A stretch of DNA of 64,000 nt from Lytechinus pictus. Taxonomy: Eukaryota. Below, in pieces: positions 1 to 13,404 of this stretch; the first letter of the stretch is position 1; the number at the start of each line of letters is the position of its first letter. The position numbers and the translations under genes are program-made. The DNA lies in NCBI RefSeq assembly GCF_037042905.1, contig NC_087254.1, forward strand, positions 35,030,001 through 35,094,000, written 5' to 3'. The notes beneath the pieces are model-generated. The model searched no databases. It had not been told where the DNA came from and worked only from the letters and a program-made list of their open reading frames with translations.

Positions 1-3000
1 TAGAATCTCCTCTTTCATTTGGTATAGCTCATATGAATTGTGCAATAGGAATTTTCAATAGGAAATTATTTAGTCTAAAACAGAAACCCAGTCTATTGGG
101 CTTCAAGGCAGTGATTTCAAGCTCCATTTTAAAAACTTGTCAGATTCATTTTCCATGAGTGTCGGTGGTAGAACTATACAGAATGTTTATTCATAGAAGT
201 GAGGATAGGCCAGGTGCGTTAATTTATTATAACGTTTCCAATATCTTACCATAAATAAAATAAAAGCAAATGCAAGCCCAAGGCAAGCAAAAGAATTCAA
301 TTTCTGTGAATAAATATTTGCTTTGCCCTCTGTTTGCTTGTATGCAGCAGGTTGGTTCAGGTTTGAACAAATATTTAGTTGGGTCTTGTATTTCAACGAC
401 ATGAAGGGAAAGCTTCTGTCTCTTCTCCATTAGGCAACCACAACAAAACACTGCCCTAACCCGACAAGAACTTGTATAATTGGACAACTTTTCTTTTCAA
501 CCCCCAAAAGAAAAAAAAAAGTGATGTCCAACCCTTATTTTCATGTATTTTAACATTTTTAGAACAACAGACTGATGTTGATTAAAATTTATTCATGGCA
601 GTGGAACATCATTTATATTATATCCAGGGAACACTTGTGCCCGAACAAATCTTGATCTCCATGTAAAAAATATTTCTAGGGGCTCTTTCATATTTTACCA
701 TAATCAAATGTAAATAAATACTGTTTCATCAGTTACGACAATCATTTTTAGACGATATTGTCAGACATTCTTGCAGTCTCATGTCTGTAATATTTAGGCA
801 AGAATCTGTGTGTGGTATCTTAGTTTTATTTATTTTATTATGGGGGGGGGGCATTTACTTTCCAATAACTCACAAGATCTAGCTTCATAATTTTTCATTT
901 TCTCTGCGTAAACATGTGTAAAGTGTGATATTATTCATTTGTAAAGATTGAATTAATCCAGGGGTGGATTTAACCAAAATAGATAATACTTGGGGCAAGC
1001 CCACCATTGTGCAAAAATACTATGGGCTATGGAATGGTATTGTATCTAACCCAGCTAGATCCACCTCTGTATTCATTGTCAGACAAATGGAAAATACATT
1101 GTAAAATACATGTTGATAGAAATATATTAGAAATCTGATATTTAAGAGTAAATTTTCCAATTAAAATATCTAAATAAAAAAAAAATAGTGGTCCTTGGTG
1201 AGTTTTGTATTTTTTTTTGTCTGTGTTAAAAAAATATTTCTCGACCATGGCAAAATATTTCAGAATCTTTGTAAATAGAAATTTGTGATAAAAAAACTAG
1301 TGGGAGAAGTGTTCCAATGCCCTGTATTAGAGAGATACTTGGGGGCTGAAAATAATTAAATAAGTACAATAACAAATCAAGCAAAGGGCTGAAAATTTAA
1401 TCAAAATCTAACTACAAATAACTTAGTTACCGGTATTGAATTTTAAGTTTAGGAATATCTTGTGAAAAGTTAAAAGCATGAAATCATGAATGTGCAATAG
1501 GTTGGCTGATGATGTCATGTCCCCACTTTTCTTTTTCTTATGGTATTACATGAAATCATTGGTGTTACAGTCCCCAGATAATGTACAGAATACTATAGAG
1601 TGACAGTTAAACATCTATTTCAAAAGATTTAACAGGGGAAATTCACATGCAAGTATACTTGTACATGTCATTCAAGCGAATGGCTTGCTGGCCTATGATT
1701 TTTTACCCCCCCCCAACAATAATGATCTTCGATTGGAAAGTATCCATGAAATGAAGTGAACAAAAAATGGTTTCAAGTATAAAAGAGAAATTGCAGTTGG
1801 AAATGAGATGCATTACAGCTAAGTGTTGTTGCAGCAAAAAAAAAAGAAGAGTCTTTAAAATTAAGGTCAACTGTCACCATACCGTCAAACAACGAGAAGT
1901 TCATTTTATACATAAACAGAATACTGTGAAATTATGACATTGAAGTTGAAAATCATCACAATGAAGATTGTAGACAGAGATGAGCACATGTGGAACAGAG
2001 TATTTTCATTGCTTGGAAAAAGACACAACATCAGGCTGGCATGTCATGCTTATTTGTTCCATTTCAAAGCGATTGCATATTTTCTACCAGAAAGCCAATT
2101 GGCACATACATTCACACAAACACTTCGGTGGTTATTTTATTGAATTCTGTTGGAACTCTCTTTACAATACCACAACATGCATCTATCTTCAAATTATTGG
2201 ATGAGATCAGGGAGATATAATTCCAATGAACACCAACAACTCACAAAACACAATGAAAGCAATAAATTAAATTTTACTTTTTTTTTTATTAGGGAGGTAA
2301 TCAAACCAAGAATGACCCTTATGAACAAAACACAGAAGATAAAAATGTTTCAAAAAAAGAAACCGAAGGGAAGTCCTCCTTTCAAAGGAAAGGCGATGAA
2401 CTTTCAAAAAGGAAACATGATACATAACTATATCAAGTCATGAAATATAAAATGTTTAGGAAACATACTTGGTATGTAAAACTTGCATGATACATGGGGC
2501 AGTGTTTGCCCCTTTTGAAACTGCATAAAACAGCTTTGAAGCAGTGTCGTCACAATGAACTACACACAAATTAAATATATATATATATTTGTTTTAAATA
2601 AAGATTACTTCAATTTACACTACTTTAAAGGTAAAGGAAGAGTATGATTCATCACAATATATTCTGAAAATCACTTATATCTCTCTAAAGGTAACAACCT
2701 TCTCAGAATTAACATTTGTGTTCCTTTAAGAATGCATAAATTACTTTCTACTCATTTTTTCGCAAGTAATGGCAGCGTGACAATGATCCTAACCAAAATA
2801 ATATCTGGACAAATTATGTGAATACTGATCAACATGCATGAGGTGTTAGTATCTTCTAACAGAAATAAAAATGAGTATTGACATTGTTCACACACAGCAT
2901 CAGGCGTGCTAAATCGTATTGATCAAAATGGAAGAAAATCATCTAGAAAGGGCACATTTATACGCACAAGAATGGTCTATGGCCTAAGATATGCTACATG

Positions 3001-3605
3001 GTCAGAGTTAATACTAATGAATTAAATGTCATTAATGATAAAACAGATCATACAGCTATTCAATACATTAGATAAACACACTTAAAATGTTTTATGTGAA
3101 CTGCGATGCAAGCACCACTTCACAATTCTACATCTTATTATGCTGTGAAAGTGAAACAAATTGAGACGATCCCTTGTGGTTTTCAACCCCTTTCAACATG
3201 CACCCTTTAATAGTTTTATGTGGTTTCCTTGCAACAAAACTTGTTTTCATTTGCAAGCTTGGATTACAGAGCCCAGATGCTGTGTGTGAATAAGGATTCT
3301 TACACCAATAGGCACTGTGATTGATTTTATAGAAATATCTCATCTAATAGTTAGTACTCCACCTGATAGATATGAAATAAAATTAATGCCACAAGAATGA
3401 TGGGAAAACCCCTCCCCGAAATAAACCCCAAAATAAGGTTTTCAGCATAATTATTCTTGCTAGAATTTAAAGCAGGTGTTAATATCAATTTCAATAAGGG
3501 ACTTGTTGTGCCTCATACTCATTTTATTTGCCATTACAAATGCATGTAAAAGCCCATAACACCTGCTAGTGGCAGAAAGTCCCTCAGTGAACAAAGTCTA
3601 ACTAA

Positions 3606-3753
3606 GGTCCCGTTTCATAAAGACTTGTTGTTATCATAACAAATGCACAATTCTATAACAAGTTCACTACCAGCCAATCAAATCAAATGATTTCGGTGGC
3701 TTTTAACTGGTATAGCAAAGTTCCTGTCATAACAAGCTTTATGAAACATGACC
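3606..3753. mobile_element. ~150-bp Harbinger/Tourist-like MITE (representative copy of a dispersed family)
   Basis: Ends GGTCCCGTTTCATAAAG...CTTTATGAAACATGACC with an internal CCAAT; related copies near 5950, 11320, 12950, 14840, 18085, 52270, 63850. Confidence 0.6.
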
Positions 3754-4550
3754 TAGATAGAACATGCTCGTTATACCCAAGTTGCAGTTGAGGCATGCGA
3801 GAACAAACCGCCTATTCATTGAAATGTTACTCTAATGACAAAAGAACCTAAGATGGAATGACTTTGGGATGAAGACTGATTGAAAAGAAGCAGAATATTT
3901 TATCTATGAAGGATAGAAGGTGTGTTCCATCCCAAGTCTGTACCTGTTATTCAAGCATGTGATGCAAGGTTTACTACTTAAAAAAAAAACAAATCAAATG
4001 AAACAATACAACACAATAAAAACAAGACACATATTGCATGCCAACAATCGTACCACATCAATCATTTCTCAACGGAAGCACACATTCTAGTATGTATATG
4101 TATTCCATATAAACCATTACCAATGACCACTTCTTAGGGCAAATTATAAACATATCATTAACATGATTATATAGCTGAACCCAGCACAATCTGCAAGTGC
4201 TTACTGACATGACATCTATCTAAGTCCCATTGCTATCTAACTACGATCCTCTATTAACAACAAAGATGCTCACAAAACACATGTTTTACATTTTGATAAT
4301 TCACCCATATTGTCTTTTTTTCCTTCTCCACACCCACACATATATATATATATAAACAGAAGCAAAATAAACCTTTCAACAAAATCAAGGTTTTCACATG
4401 AAATGAAATGATGTTGCGGAAGTTGATTCTATGGTTTGTATTGTTGGTCTATGAAAGCATTAGGCAGCAGACTTGGGATGGACACAGAAGCTAAAAGCCT
4501 ATTGAACCTATTCAATGAAAATAAAAATGACTAAAAGTGACTATGTTTGT

Positions 4551-4631
4551 TTAAAGTTCATCCTTGGCTTGATCGTCCTGGGGAACCTCCTCATCCTCTT
4601 CCTCCTCCATGTCCTCATCTTCAACATCGGC
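4551..4631 (-). CDS. P4HB: PDI exon 11 (ADVEDEDMEEEEDEEVPQDDQAKDEL*)
   Basis: Acidic tail and KDEL followed by TAA at 4551-4553. Confidence 0.96.
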   Translation of the reverse strand, partial: ADVEDEDMEEEEDEEVPQDDQAKDEL

Positions 4632-5194
4632 CTAACCAAAACAAAACAAAATAAATATACCCGTTACAATAATAATCTGATCAAGCGATTGGTCTAAACC
4701 CCGTCATGTGTCCAAAGATGGTTACAACCAATGTAACGAAATTGGACAAAGATGTCACGAATCCGAACATCCGAGGTTACAAGCAGGGAATAGTACCTGA
4801 GCCGTAAATAGTACATAAAGCTTTTTACGGCTTGATGGGCGGGCTTTAATCAACACAAGCACAAGTTTGTTGGCCTTTTTGATAACAATGCTCATACACG
4901 AAGTGATCAATCACCTTTGCTTTCAACGATGCCATATAATTAATACAAACATTTTTTCAAAGTTAAATTTTCTACTGAATGTAAATTCAATTATTCAAGA
5001 AAGCCATAATTGTTTAAACTACAGTTTATCAATGTAGAATGAAATTTGCCTGATAATGGGTACGAGTGTAATTTTCCAATAGAACAATCATACATATATC
5101 ATTCATTAATTGACTATGCTATATGCGACAAACTTAAGATAAATATTTTTCCTTCTGTCCCTACAAGTAATATAGAAGAGATGTTTACACTTAC

Positions 5195-5266
5195 AACAAT
5201 TTCACCGCCTGACTCGACAAACTGTTTCATTGCCTCCAACGTTCTATCGCCACTATAATCAATAAC
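5195..5266 (-). CDS. P4HB: PDI exon 10 (VIDYSGDRTLEAMKQFVESGGEIV)
   Basis: 72 nt, AG/GTAAGT boundaries. Confidence 0.94.
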
Positions 5267-6078
5267 CTAGTGGAAAAAAAGCCAAACACACAAATATGAA
5301 AAGGAATTGAAATAAGAAATAGCTGTACAATCTTTTTATGCGACATTAAAAAGAAGAAAGCATGATCATGACATAAAAAGAAAATGAAAAATCAGGGGAC
5401 AAGTATAAAAATGAGAGATTATTGTAAGCAAATAATATATCATTAAGATTGGCTATTAGTCACAAAATCACAATTCTAAACAATATGGTCCACAGCGAGT
5501 TCATGTCATCAAAGTATTGAAGTATACACTGACAAATATTTAAAAAACAATTATTACGATTAACATGATTTTCAATTGGAAAATTTATGAGGGAAAAACC
5601 AACATTTCTTTTCATATACAAATATCACCCTCGCTTAATACATCTACTCATCTCAGAAACAAATAAAGATATTTTCCCTGATACAATTTCTCTGCACTCG
5701 TTGCTACTAGTAATAATATTGTATTTTATTTAGCGCTTTTACATCGGAACATCTCTTATCCCTTTACAGATACTATCATCCCAGTCATAGGATTCTACTT
5801 GCTTGCACACAATGGAGGTACTTTCTCCACTCCCTGAGGAGGGTTCCAGCAATGGGTTATCAGATTCCATTGCAAGGCATACTACACAGGCATACAAATA
5901 AGCTGCAGATATCATCTATCAATTTCCCTAGATTACAACCTTTTGGTACGCGTTTCATAAGAAGCTTTTGGTCAGTGATTTTCACCTAATTTGCTCTAAG
6001 CCAAATCAGATGCAAGGATTTGCAGTAGCTTATAACAATGGTCAGTGCAAATAATGCTCCCCTGGATATAGTACTCAC

Positions 6079-6257
6079 CTCATTAGTTTCTTTCTTCCAG
6101 AACTTGATTGTGGGGAAGCTACGGACAGTAGCTTCTTCTACTTCATTTTTAGTTGAATCCATCTTGGCAATAACTACATTTTCATTATCTTTGAAATGTT
6201 CTCCGAGCTCTTCGTAAATAGGGGCAAGCTGTTTACAGTGTCCACACCATGGGGCAT
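6079..6257 (-). CDS. P4HB: PDI exon 9 ([15 protein letters not shown]...SFPTIKFW; a' active site)
   Basis: 179 nt, second CGHC motif, AG/GTGAGT boundaries. Confidence 0.97.
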
Positions 6258-7135
6258 CTAGGAAAGAAAAAAAAATGGTTTCTATTTCTTTATTTTCTTG
6301 TTACGTCAGACATGATATTCTCTTGAAGAAAAATCTGGAAAATAGCCAAGGGTCGCTAAGTCACCGACGAAGTCCGAGGCGCCCTGTTCGCTGTTACAAG
6401 CTCTTATATAGTAAAGAAATCAAAAGTGATTTTTCAAGGCGAGTCTGCAAAATAGTTTAATCGTATAAAAAGCAGTAAAAAACAGCATGAGAATGTTTTG
6501 GGGCAAAGTATATCTAAAAAAAAAAATTAGAAAATTTAGTCGGGAAAATATGCCTGTTAAGTGTGTATCTGCATTATTTTTTAAATTAAGGCCATGTCAT
6601 TAAGATTTCTTTTTTTCCATTGACCATGGGCAGTGAGGATTATCCTTAGTTCATTAGGGGGGCCATCTACTGTTGCAACCCCCCCCCCAAAAAAAAATAC
6701 ACAAGATAATCCGCTGCCCATGCCAGCGACCACCCCTTATTAATCGGCGATGACTAGTGGAGCAATGAAATAAAGAAATTCAGTGTCACCAAAGACTATT
6801 AATGTCAATCACTTTTAGGACTTATTTCCTTATCTAGATCAATATATCAAAACTTTCACTTGATAACTATATTTCCAAACCAACAAAATAGGGCTATGGG
6901 AATAATAGTGCCAAGCGAGACTTTCTCATTGTTCTTGCTTGAATTTATTGGTGCCTAGACACAGCCATATTGATTTGTTTCTATCCAAATCTTGGTTAGT
7001 CCACTGCGGAATCGCAACTTAAAGCACAGATAGAACTAAAAGGACACCTATATAATGACAATTAGAGTGTAACTTGAAGATGTTTATATCTTTTTTCCCC
7101 CCACTAAACAAAGCAAGCAGCATAAAGATACTCAC

Positions 7136-7256
7136 AAAATTCAACTAAAACATCTTTAGCAGGATCAAGGGCTACTTCGGCAAAGTTTTCTCCAACAAGA
7201 ATAGTTACTGGGTTGGTATTCCAGTCTTCTGGGACAGACTCTGACATCAAATGAGC
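7136..7256 (-). CDS. P4HB: PDI exon 8 ([17 protein letters not shown]...VLVEF; x-linker)
   Basis: 121 nt, AG/GTGAGT boundaries. Confidence 0.95.
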
Positions 7257-7419
7257 CTGTCAAACAAACAAACAATGAAAGTCATTATGTTAAAATTGTA
7301 AGTTTTCATTCAACCCCCCTTATCAATCCTTCTGATTCTATCATGATGCCTTGAAGCATTGTATGAGAATGAGGTTAGGAAACATTTTAACATTGGTACA
7401 TCCATTTAAGCAAATGACG

Positions 7420-8289
7420 ATATAACTGTCAAAAAATATTTCCGCTTGAGTGAGCACCATTTACTTTTGAAAAATTAGTGAAAAATGATTTGCGCAGAAC
7501 TTTGAAATAGTTATGCGAATAAAAGTAGACCTTCATCATGAAGAACACGTGTAATTTAGCTAGTAAAATTGATTTGAAGATATCTTGTACCTTTTTTAAC
7601 TAGTTTCCTTGCCCAAAACACTTTGAAGAGTGCATTGCGCCCCACCCCACTCCCCTAAACATCGAGGCCATCGTGACGATACTTGCTTTACACTGAGCTG
7701 TGATTTACATGAAATGGCTTAGGCTTGATTTGCAAATTGTTAATCATTGTCAAGCTTTGAAAAAGTGTGGAGGAACAAGTATTAAATGAAAAATGAAATG
7801 TAAACCCACTTTAAATGATAAAAACTTAGTGAAAAAATGCTGGAGATGTCTGATATAAACTTTTGTTCAGATTCAGTTATGTCCTCAGATCCAGCTGGCA
7901 CAAAAAGGGTAAAGGTTCTGCTTACTAAGTGTTGAAATTTAAATTTGGGTGGCAAAATAGTTACAAAATGCTTGAATGTATCCGTTTTATTTCAATTGAC
8001 TAAAAGTGCAAGGGAGATGTATGAGAAATGTTTCGCGGGGTAAGATTGATTTCACCCTTTCTCCTTAAAACAACATGAAAATTAGCATTTCTGCGCAAAC
8101 AGATTTCTGCGAGCTTTACAAAAATGGACAGTGCTCACTCAAGTGTAACATTCTGTCAAAACTTTTACTTTCATTGGATAGATGAGACCCAAACCCAAGA
8201 ATACATGTGAAAAAACTTACCCACATGTTGTATATTTTTTAATTTCCCAAGGCTTTTTCAAAGTGTAAACTTTTTTTTGATACACACTG
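7420..8289. mobile_element. Truncated Tc1/mariner-type non-autonomous element
   Basis: Right end ...TTTTTTTGATACACACTG|TA; internal inverted matches (CTTGAGTGAGCAC / GTGCTCACTCAAG); left TIR not found. Confidence 0.5.
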
Positions 8290-8384
8290 TATAAAAGAAT
8301 CTAAATCAAATTCCCTTTAGAAAATGTCTTCTCTCACTTTCTTATCCGGAAGATGAGCAAGAAATGGCTATGGTGGGTTTTCCT

Positions 8385-8545
8385 TCAGCAAGAAATGTAT
8401 CCACATTAAGCTGCACCCAACCCAGGTGAGATAAACAGGTACCTGGCAATTCCTTGAAACCCTGAAGCATTAAAAGCTGCAGTGCTATAAAGCCAGGGTA
8501 ATTATGCTGCATTATTGAAGAACACTTTTAATAGCGCTATAAATC
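8385..8545 (+). mobile_element. SINE fragment (central domain)
   Basis: TTTCCTTCAGCAAG...CCCAGGTGAG...GGTACC, shared with the copies at 24.1 kb and 61.9 kb. Confidence 0.6.
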
Positions 8546-8588
8546 ATCAAGTATAATAAATGTTTTCATTACGTGGCTATTAACTCAC

Positions 8589-8789
8589 CTTGAGTTTTCC
8601 ATCTTGGAAGTCATTTACAAACTGAGTGAGTGTTTCTGTGGTGAGTTCAGTTATAGCAGGTTTGTATTTCTTCATGTCTCCATCAAGGGTGATGAGACGG
8701 ACGGTTGGGACCTCATCATCACCAAGACCAAAGTATTCTAGGATCCTGGAGTTAGCTTCAGCAGCAGCATCAATAAGCACAAACAGAAC
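8589..8789 (-). CDS. P4HB: PDI exon 7 (VLFVLID...RILEYFGL...GKLK; b' domain)
   Basis: 201 nt, AG/GTGAGT boundaries. Confidence 0.96.
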
Positions 8790-8849
8790 CTGGTGATAAA
8801 GAAATATAGTGACAAATAAGACATTGTGCAGGGAAATATGAACAGTTAG

Positions 8850-9052
8850 GACTATCTTTATCCAAAGACCATCTTAAATAATAAGTAGGATTTAACTATT
8901 CTTTTGTTAAAGTAAACAGTGATGCTCAGTAGAACATTTATATGTAAGACTATCTTAGCTATTATACCAAAGACCATCTTGAATAATAAGTAGGATTTAC
9001 ATGTAAGTACTCTTTTGTTAAAGTAGATAGTGATGTTAAGGAGAATATTAAT
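8850..9052. repeat. Degenerate ~100-bp tandem duplication
   Basis: CCAAAGACCATCTT(A/G)AATAATAAGTAGGATTTA...CTTTTGTTAAAGTA occurs twice. Confidence 0.75.
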
Positions 9053-9365
9053 AGGTAATTAGGTAATTAATTGGGCCCCCATGGACTGATTCCTACCAAA
9101 TATAAGTTGTGGGTGTTTTCCATCATGCTCTACCAAAATATGGTATAAAATGCTGAAATGCAAACAGGGTTTTTATGACGTCATCACTTCAGTACTCTCG
9201 AGAGTAGTTTTAGATGAAATCACAGTGAAGGGTAGAACAATGGGAAACCTGTGCATCAGACCATAATCAATGATTTATCATGCTTTGATGTATAGGTTTT
9301 TATTGTTTGTCCTCGGGGGGGGGGGGGGGGGGCAGAAGATATTATTACCATTTTCACACACTCAC

Positions 9366-9491
9366 CTTTCCTTTGAAGGTGGTAGCAGCGGCATAAAATT
9401 GATCGTAGATGGTCTTGAAATCATCGGCGTCCTTCTTGACGAAGAGTAGGTTGTGGATTTTGATCTCTCCACCAAAGATCTTGCTGGCAGT
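9366..9491 (-). CDS. P4HB: PDI exon 6 (TASKIFGGEIKIHNLLF...FKGK)
   Basis: 126 nt, AG/GTGAGT boundaries. Confidence 0.95.
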
Positions 9492-10419
9492 CTGCAATAA
9501 TAAAAGGATCAATGGGATATATTTACATTTGGGGGTTTAGCAGATCAATTATACACAATTGCATGAAACATATGAAATAACAATATGACATATTTGATGT
9601 TATATTAATTTAATTCGTATATCCGTGCATTGCCACATTTCTTCAGGGCATATTTCTATATAATAGCACAGAAGGGAAAATAAGGGCACCCACAGCAATT
9701 ATAGCCTTCAATGGCTTTGGATTGAATTTTAACCCTGATGTTACTCACTACCATGAAAGGAAACTGTTCAAAAATCTTCTATAGATAGAAACCTTTTCTT
9801 CCAATATTGGAAATGAAAGGAGAGGGAAGGAAAGAGAGAAATGGAAAGGAAGGGATTTCATTTCACTTCCTCTTCTCCCCTAAATCCTGCTCACTATATA
9901 GATATAAAGCAAAATATAAAACCTAATCCGACCATTACAATATCCACACCAACATTCAAAAGATATATTCAATTGTTTTACCATAAGAATATTTAATCAA
10001 GACCAATAATCTCTTCTACAGTAGGCTATTACAGACCATCCCTTATGTGATGACCAGTGTAAGAAATAATTTTTATTTTTATGGACTATTTTTCTTTTCC
10101 ACATTGGGGCGATTGCAGAATTTTGGGGGCTATTTCTTTCATTTGAAGGGCTACATTTTGGGGGTAAAAGGTTATTGTGCAGTAAAAGCAAATATTATTC
10201 CTCTACCACACTTAGAAATTGATTTTCTAAATAATCTTGCTTAGTAATAATATTGTTTGGAACAGATCTTGGGGTAACCTTAAAAAGAATGGTCACCCCA
10301 AAGTATGCATTTGGGGGAAATTAAGGGGCGGTTTGGGCCGTCATGAGGGTGAGATCGCCCATCATGTATTTCCTACACTGGTGATGACCTTGTGGGTGAA
10401 TGTCCTTAGTGAGACTTAC

Positions 10420-10524
10420 CTCTTCACCAAACTCAACAACAAGTGGAAGGCTGTTCTTTGTGACAAAGCTGGTCAATTCGTCTTGTGTTAGCTCACCTTC
10501 AAACACATTCTTAAGCTCATCAAA
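10420..10524 (-). CDS. P4HB: PDI exon 5 (FDELKNVFEGE...LPLVVEFGEE)
   Basis: 105 nt, AG/GTAAGT boundaries. Confidence 0.95.
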
Positions 10525-11076
10525 CTGTAAAAGAAATAGATTTTTTGTTTAAATATCTACAATACAAATGTCCTCATTGTTCTTATCACTGTGAGACAGT
10601 TTACAGACTTATTCATGGGGGGGGGGGGGTGATTGCTTCAATTTTTCATACCCCTTTTCAAAATTGTTACACAAAACAAAAGTATTTGTCACTAACACAT
10701 GATGCAGAATAGGGCTGTATATCATATCGAATATTTGTATATCAATTAAGCTGTAATCATGATAAGGTGATGTATGTCCCACAGTCCCAATGTAATTCCT
10801 CTTTTCATACCCCCGGGCCCAAAATAAAATAAAATATAACAAAAAAAAGAAAAGAAATAAAGAAATGTATATATAAAAACAATGATAAAAAATAAATGCT
10901 GGTACAACAAAATCAAATTTCATTAACTTTTCAAAACAAAGCCAATTGTGGTCTCTACATTAAATTAGAGGATTTAAAAAAAAATCTGCATCAATAACAA
11001 AATTGAAAGAAAATAATCTCCATTTTGAGAAAAAACCATTGCTGGATAACAGGTTGATTCTCTTGTGATGATTCAC

Positions 11077-11190
11077 CTTTTTGAAAAGAACAATGCTTCC
11101 ATCTTGTGCTTCGTATTTTGACATCACAGCATCTTCAGATGTGACTGCGAATGGTACATCATCCATGCTAATAGCAACATCCAGGAATGC
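11077..11190 (-). CDS. P4HB: PDI exon 4 (AFLDVAISMDDVPFAVTS...IVLFKK)
   Basis: 114 nt, phase 0/0, AG/GT boundaries. Confidence 0.93.
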
Positions 11191-12009
11191 CTGTAAAATT
11201 AATAGTACACCCAAGTATAAACTATCAACAGCAAGTGATATTTAAAAGCTTGCTTTCATAATAAAATACCAAAATGTTATCTGGACACCCAAGACCCCCT
11301 CATGTAATGGGGGGGGGGGGGGGATTTCATAAACAGATAAAACAACTGTAACTCTGCCATTATAGCAACTACCATGGTAACAGGACACTACTGCCAATTA
11401 ACAATGAAGGTTTTCATGATACAATAGTTACGGAAATGGCAAAGTTACAATAGTTGTAACTCGTTACTGAAACAGACCCTTGCTGACATAACTTTACTTT
11501 TCAGAATTCAATTCTAAAAGATGTCAAAATTTGACAAGGTTTATTGGTGTTTCACTTCTTGAAACGGGAATGATTGGGGCATCTCATTTAGTCTGAAGGA
11601 AGAGGTCGCCAAAATGGGTAAAAATGTGCATAACTACAAATAGCTTTATTAAACGCTACCAGGACAATTTATCAGGCCTTATTTTTTTTAACATTTTTAG
11701 GGCATGACCATATGTCCACAGGGCATATTCTATAAAAAAAGGGCATAATAAATATCTAAAGCCAATTGGCATCGAGGCCCATCGACAGGGTATCCACAGC
11801 CACAGTCATTGATGGCCTTGAGACTAATCCTTTTTCCACTTGTTTCAAGTTTAAATGGGGGAAAAATCCTGCAGATCCCCTTACTAACAATCACAACTGC
11901 TTCAAGAATTGGTTCATCAAATGGACCTCTTACATATGTACAGAAAAAAAAATAAATAAAAAGATATCACAATGGCAGCTATGCATCACATTCATATCAA
12001 ACAATGGTA

Positions 12010-12742
12010 CAGTCCGACCTCTCTTATCCGGCCTCCCCTTATCCGGATCTCTCTATTATCCGGACGCACACTTGCCGAGATTTTTTTTTTGTTGAGATTT
12101 CAATCTAAACTCAATCCTATACCCAAACTCACTTTGATTACATATATTTTCCAATATAGTCTACCTACAACAACTATAATTTTCATGAAAATATCTCACC
12201 CAAATCACTGAAAGAACTTAGGCAGGATAATTTTCAAGTAAATCAGGGCGCAGCGCAAATATTTCATCTCGTTCTTTTTGTTTCCCGGGAAAAACAACGC
12301 ATGTCTCGCTAGCTTACGCTAGGCCTCAATACGGACAGCGCCATCTATCATGTTTGAGCCTACAGTCAGTATAACAATGGCTGACATTGCAAAGCTGCGA
12401 TACCAGCCGCGATGATCTAATTGTAAAACTTAGTTTCATTGAGTCTTTCTCTGTCTTTCTAGGTATGCTTGATGTATACCTCAATTATTTTAGCAGGTAA
12501 ATTATCCAACAGTTTTGGTCATCGATCGATTTAATTTCCGTAAAAATACTGCCTACAATTTGCACTGACACTGAAGTGAATACTTTCTGTACGCCCACTA
12601 CAATAGATAACGTGTAGCTACCGCCGTTGGGCCGGGGAGGCAGCAGCTGCATGTATTCAATATTGGGTCTCCAAGATCCGGATAAATCCCTAATCCGGAT
12701 TGGTGCTGGTCCCAACGTGTCCGGATAAGAGAGGTCGGACTG
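12010..12742. mobile_element. pogo/Tigger-like (Tc1/mariner superfamily) MITE
   Basis: Perfect 22-bp TIR CAGTCCGACCTCTCTTATCCGG, TA on both flanks, subterminal ATCCGG repeats, no transposase ORF. Confidence 0.88.
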
Positions 12743-12768
12743 TATTCATTGTTTGAGAATGGACTGAC

Positions 12769-12914
12769 CTTGGGAGTTTCTTTGAAGAAACCGATGACAG
12801 CAACGTCCTTATTCTCAAGGAGAGCCTCTGCTTCCTCAACAGATGCAAGTGTCTGTGCTGGAGGTCCAGTTTTTTTGATCAACCATAAAACAATCTCTTT
12901 AGCTGTTCTTCCTC
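12769..12914 (-). CDS. P4HB: PDI exon 3 (GRTAKEIVLWLIKKTGPPA...VIGFFKETPK)
   Basis: 146 nt, CAG acceptor, GTCAGT donor, frame joins exons 2 and 4. Confidence 0.92.
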
Positions 12915-13308
12915 CTGCACACCAGATAAGACATGAAGAGGGAGAGACCTTGTGAACATTTCATGAGAAACAAAGTGATTTTCATTGACAACTGAAATCC
13001 TTGCATCTGATTGGCTCAGAGCAATAAGTCAGTGAAAATGACCGTTTGCTTCAAGAATATGAAGAGACCTTGTAGCATACTCAAAAGGAAATTACCCACT
13101 GAGATTGACCAGGGTTAATTATTTTATCACCACTGAACAAGAATTTTAGTTTCCATTAGCTTTTAACATGATCCAGCGGTGACACAACATTTTCTCCGGC
13201 GACAATTTCTCCAATCTTAATTTCATCTAAGATATAGGGTTAGGATTGCAATAGGGTTTAATGTTAGGTTTAGGACTATACATAGTGTTAATTCCAGAGT
13301 TGAAATTA

Positions 13309-13357
13309 CCGTAAGTAACGGTGTATTAACCGCATCCGTGTATTAACCGCACCCCCA

Positions 13358-13404
<47 letters not shown>

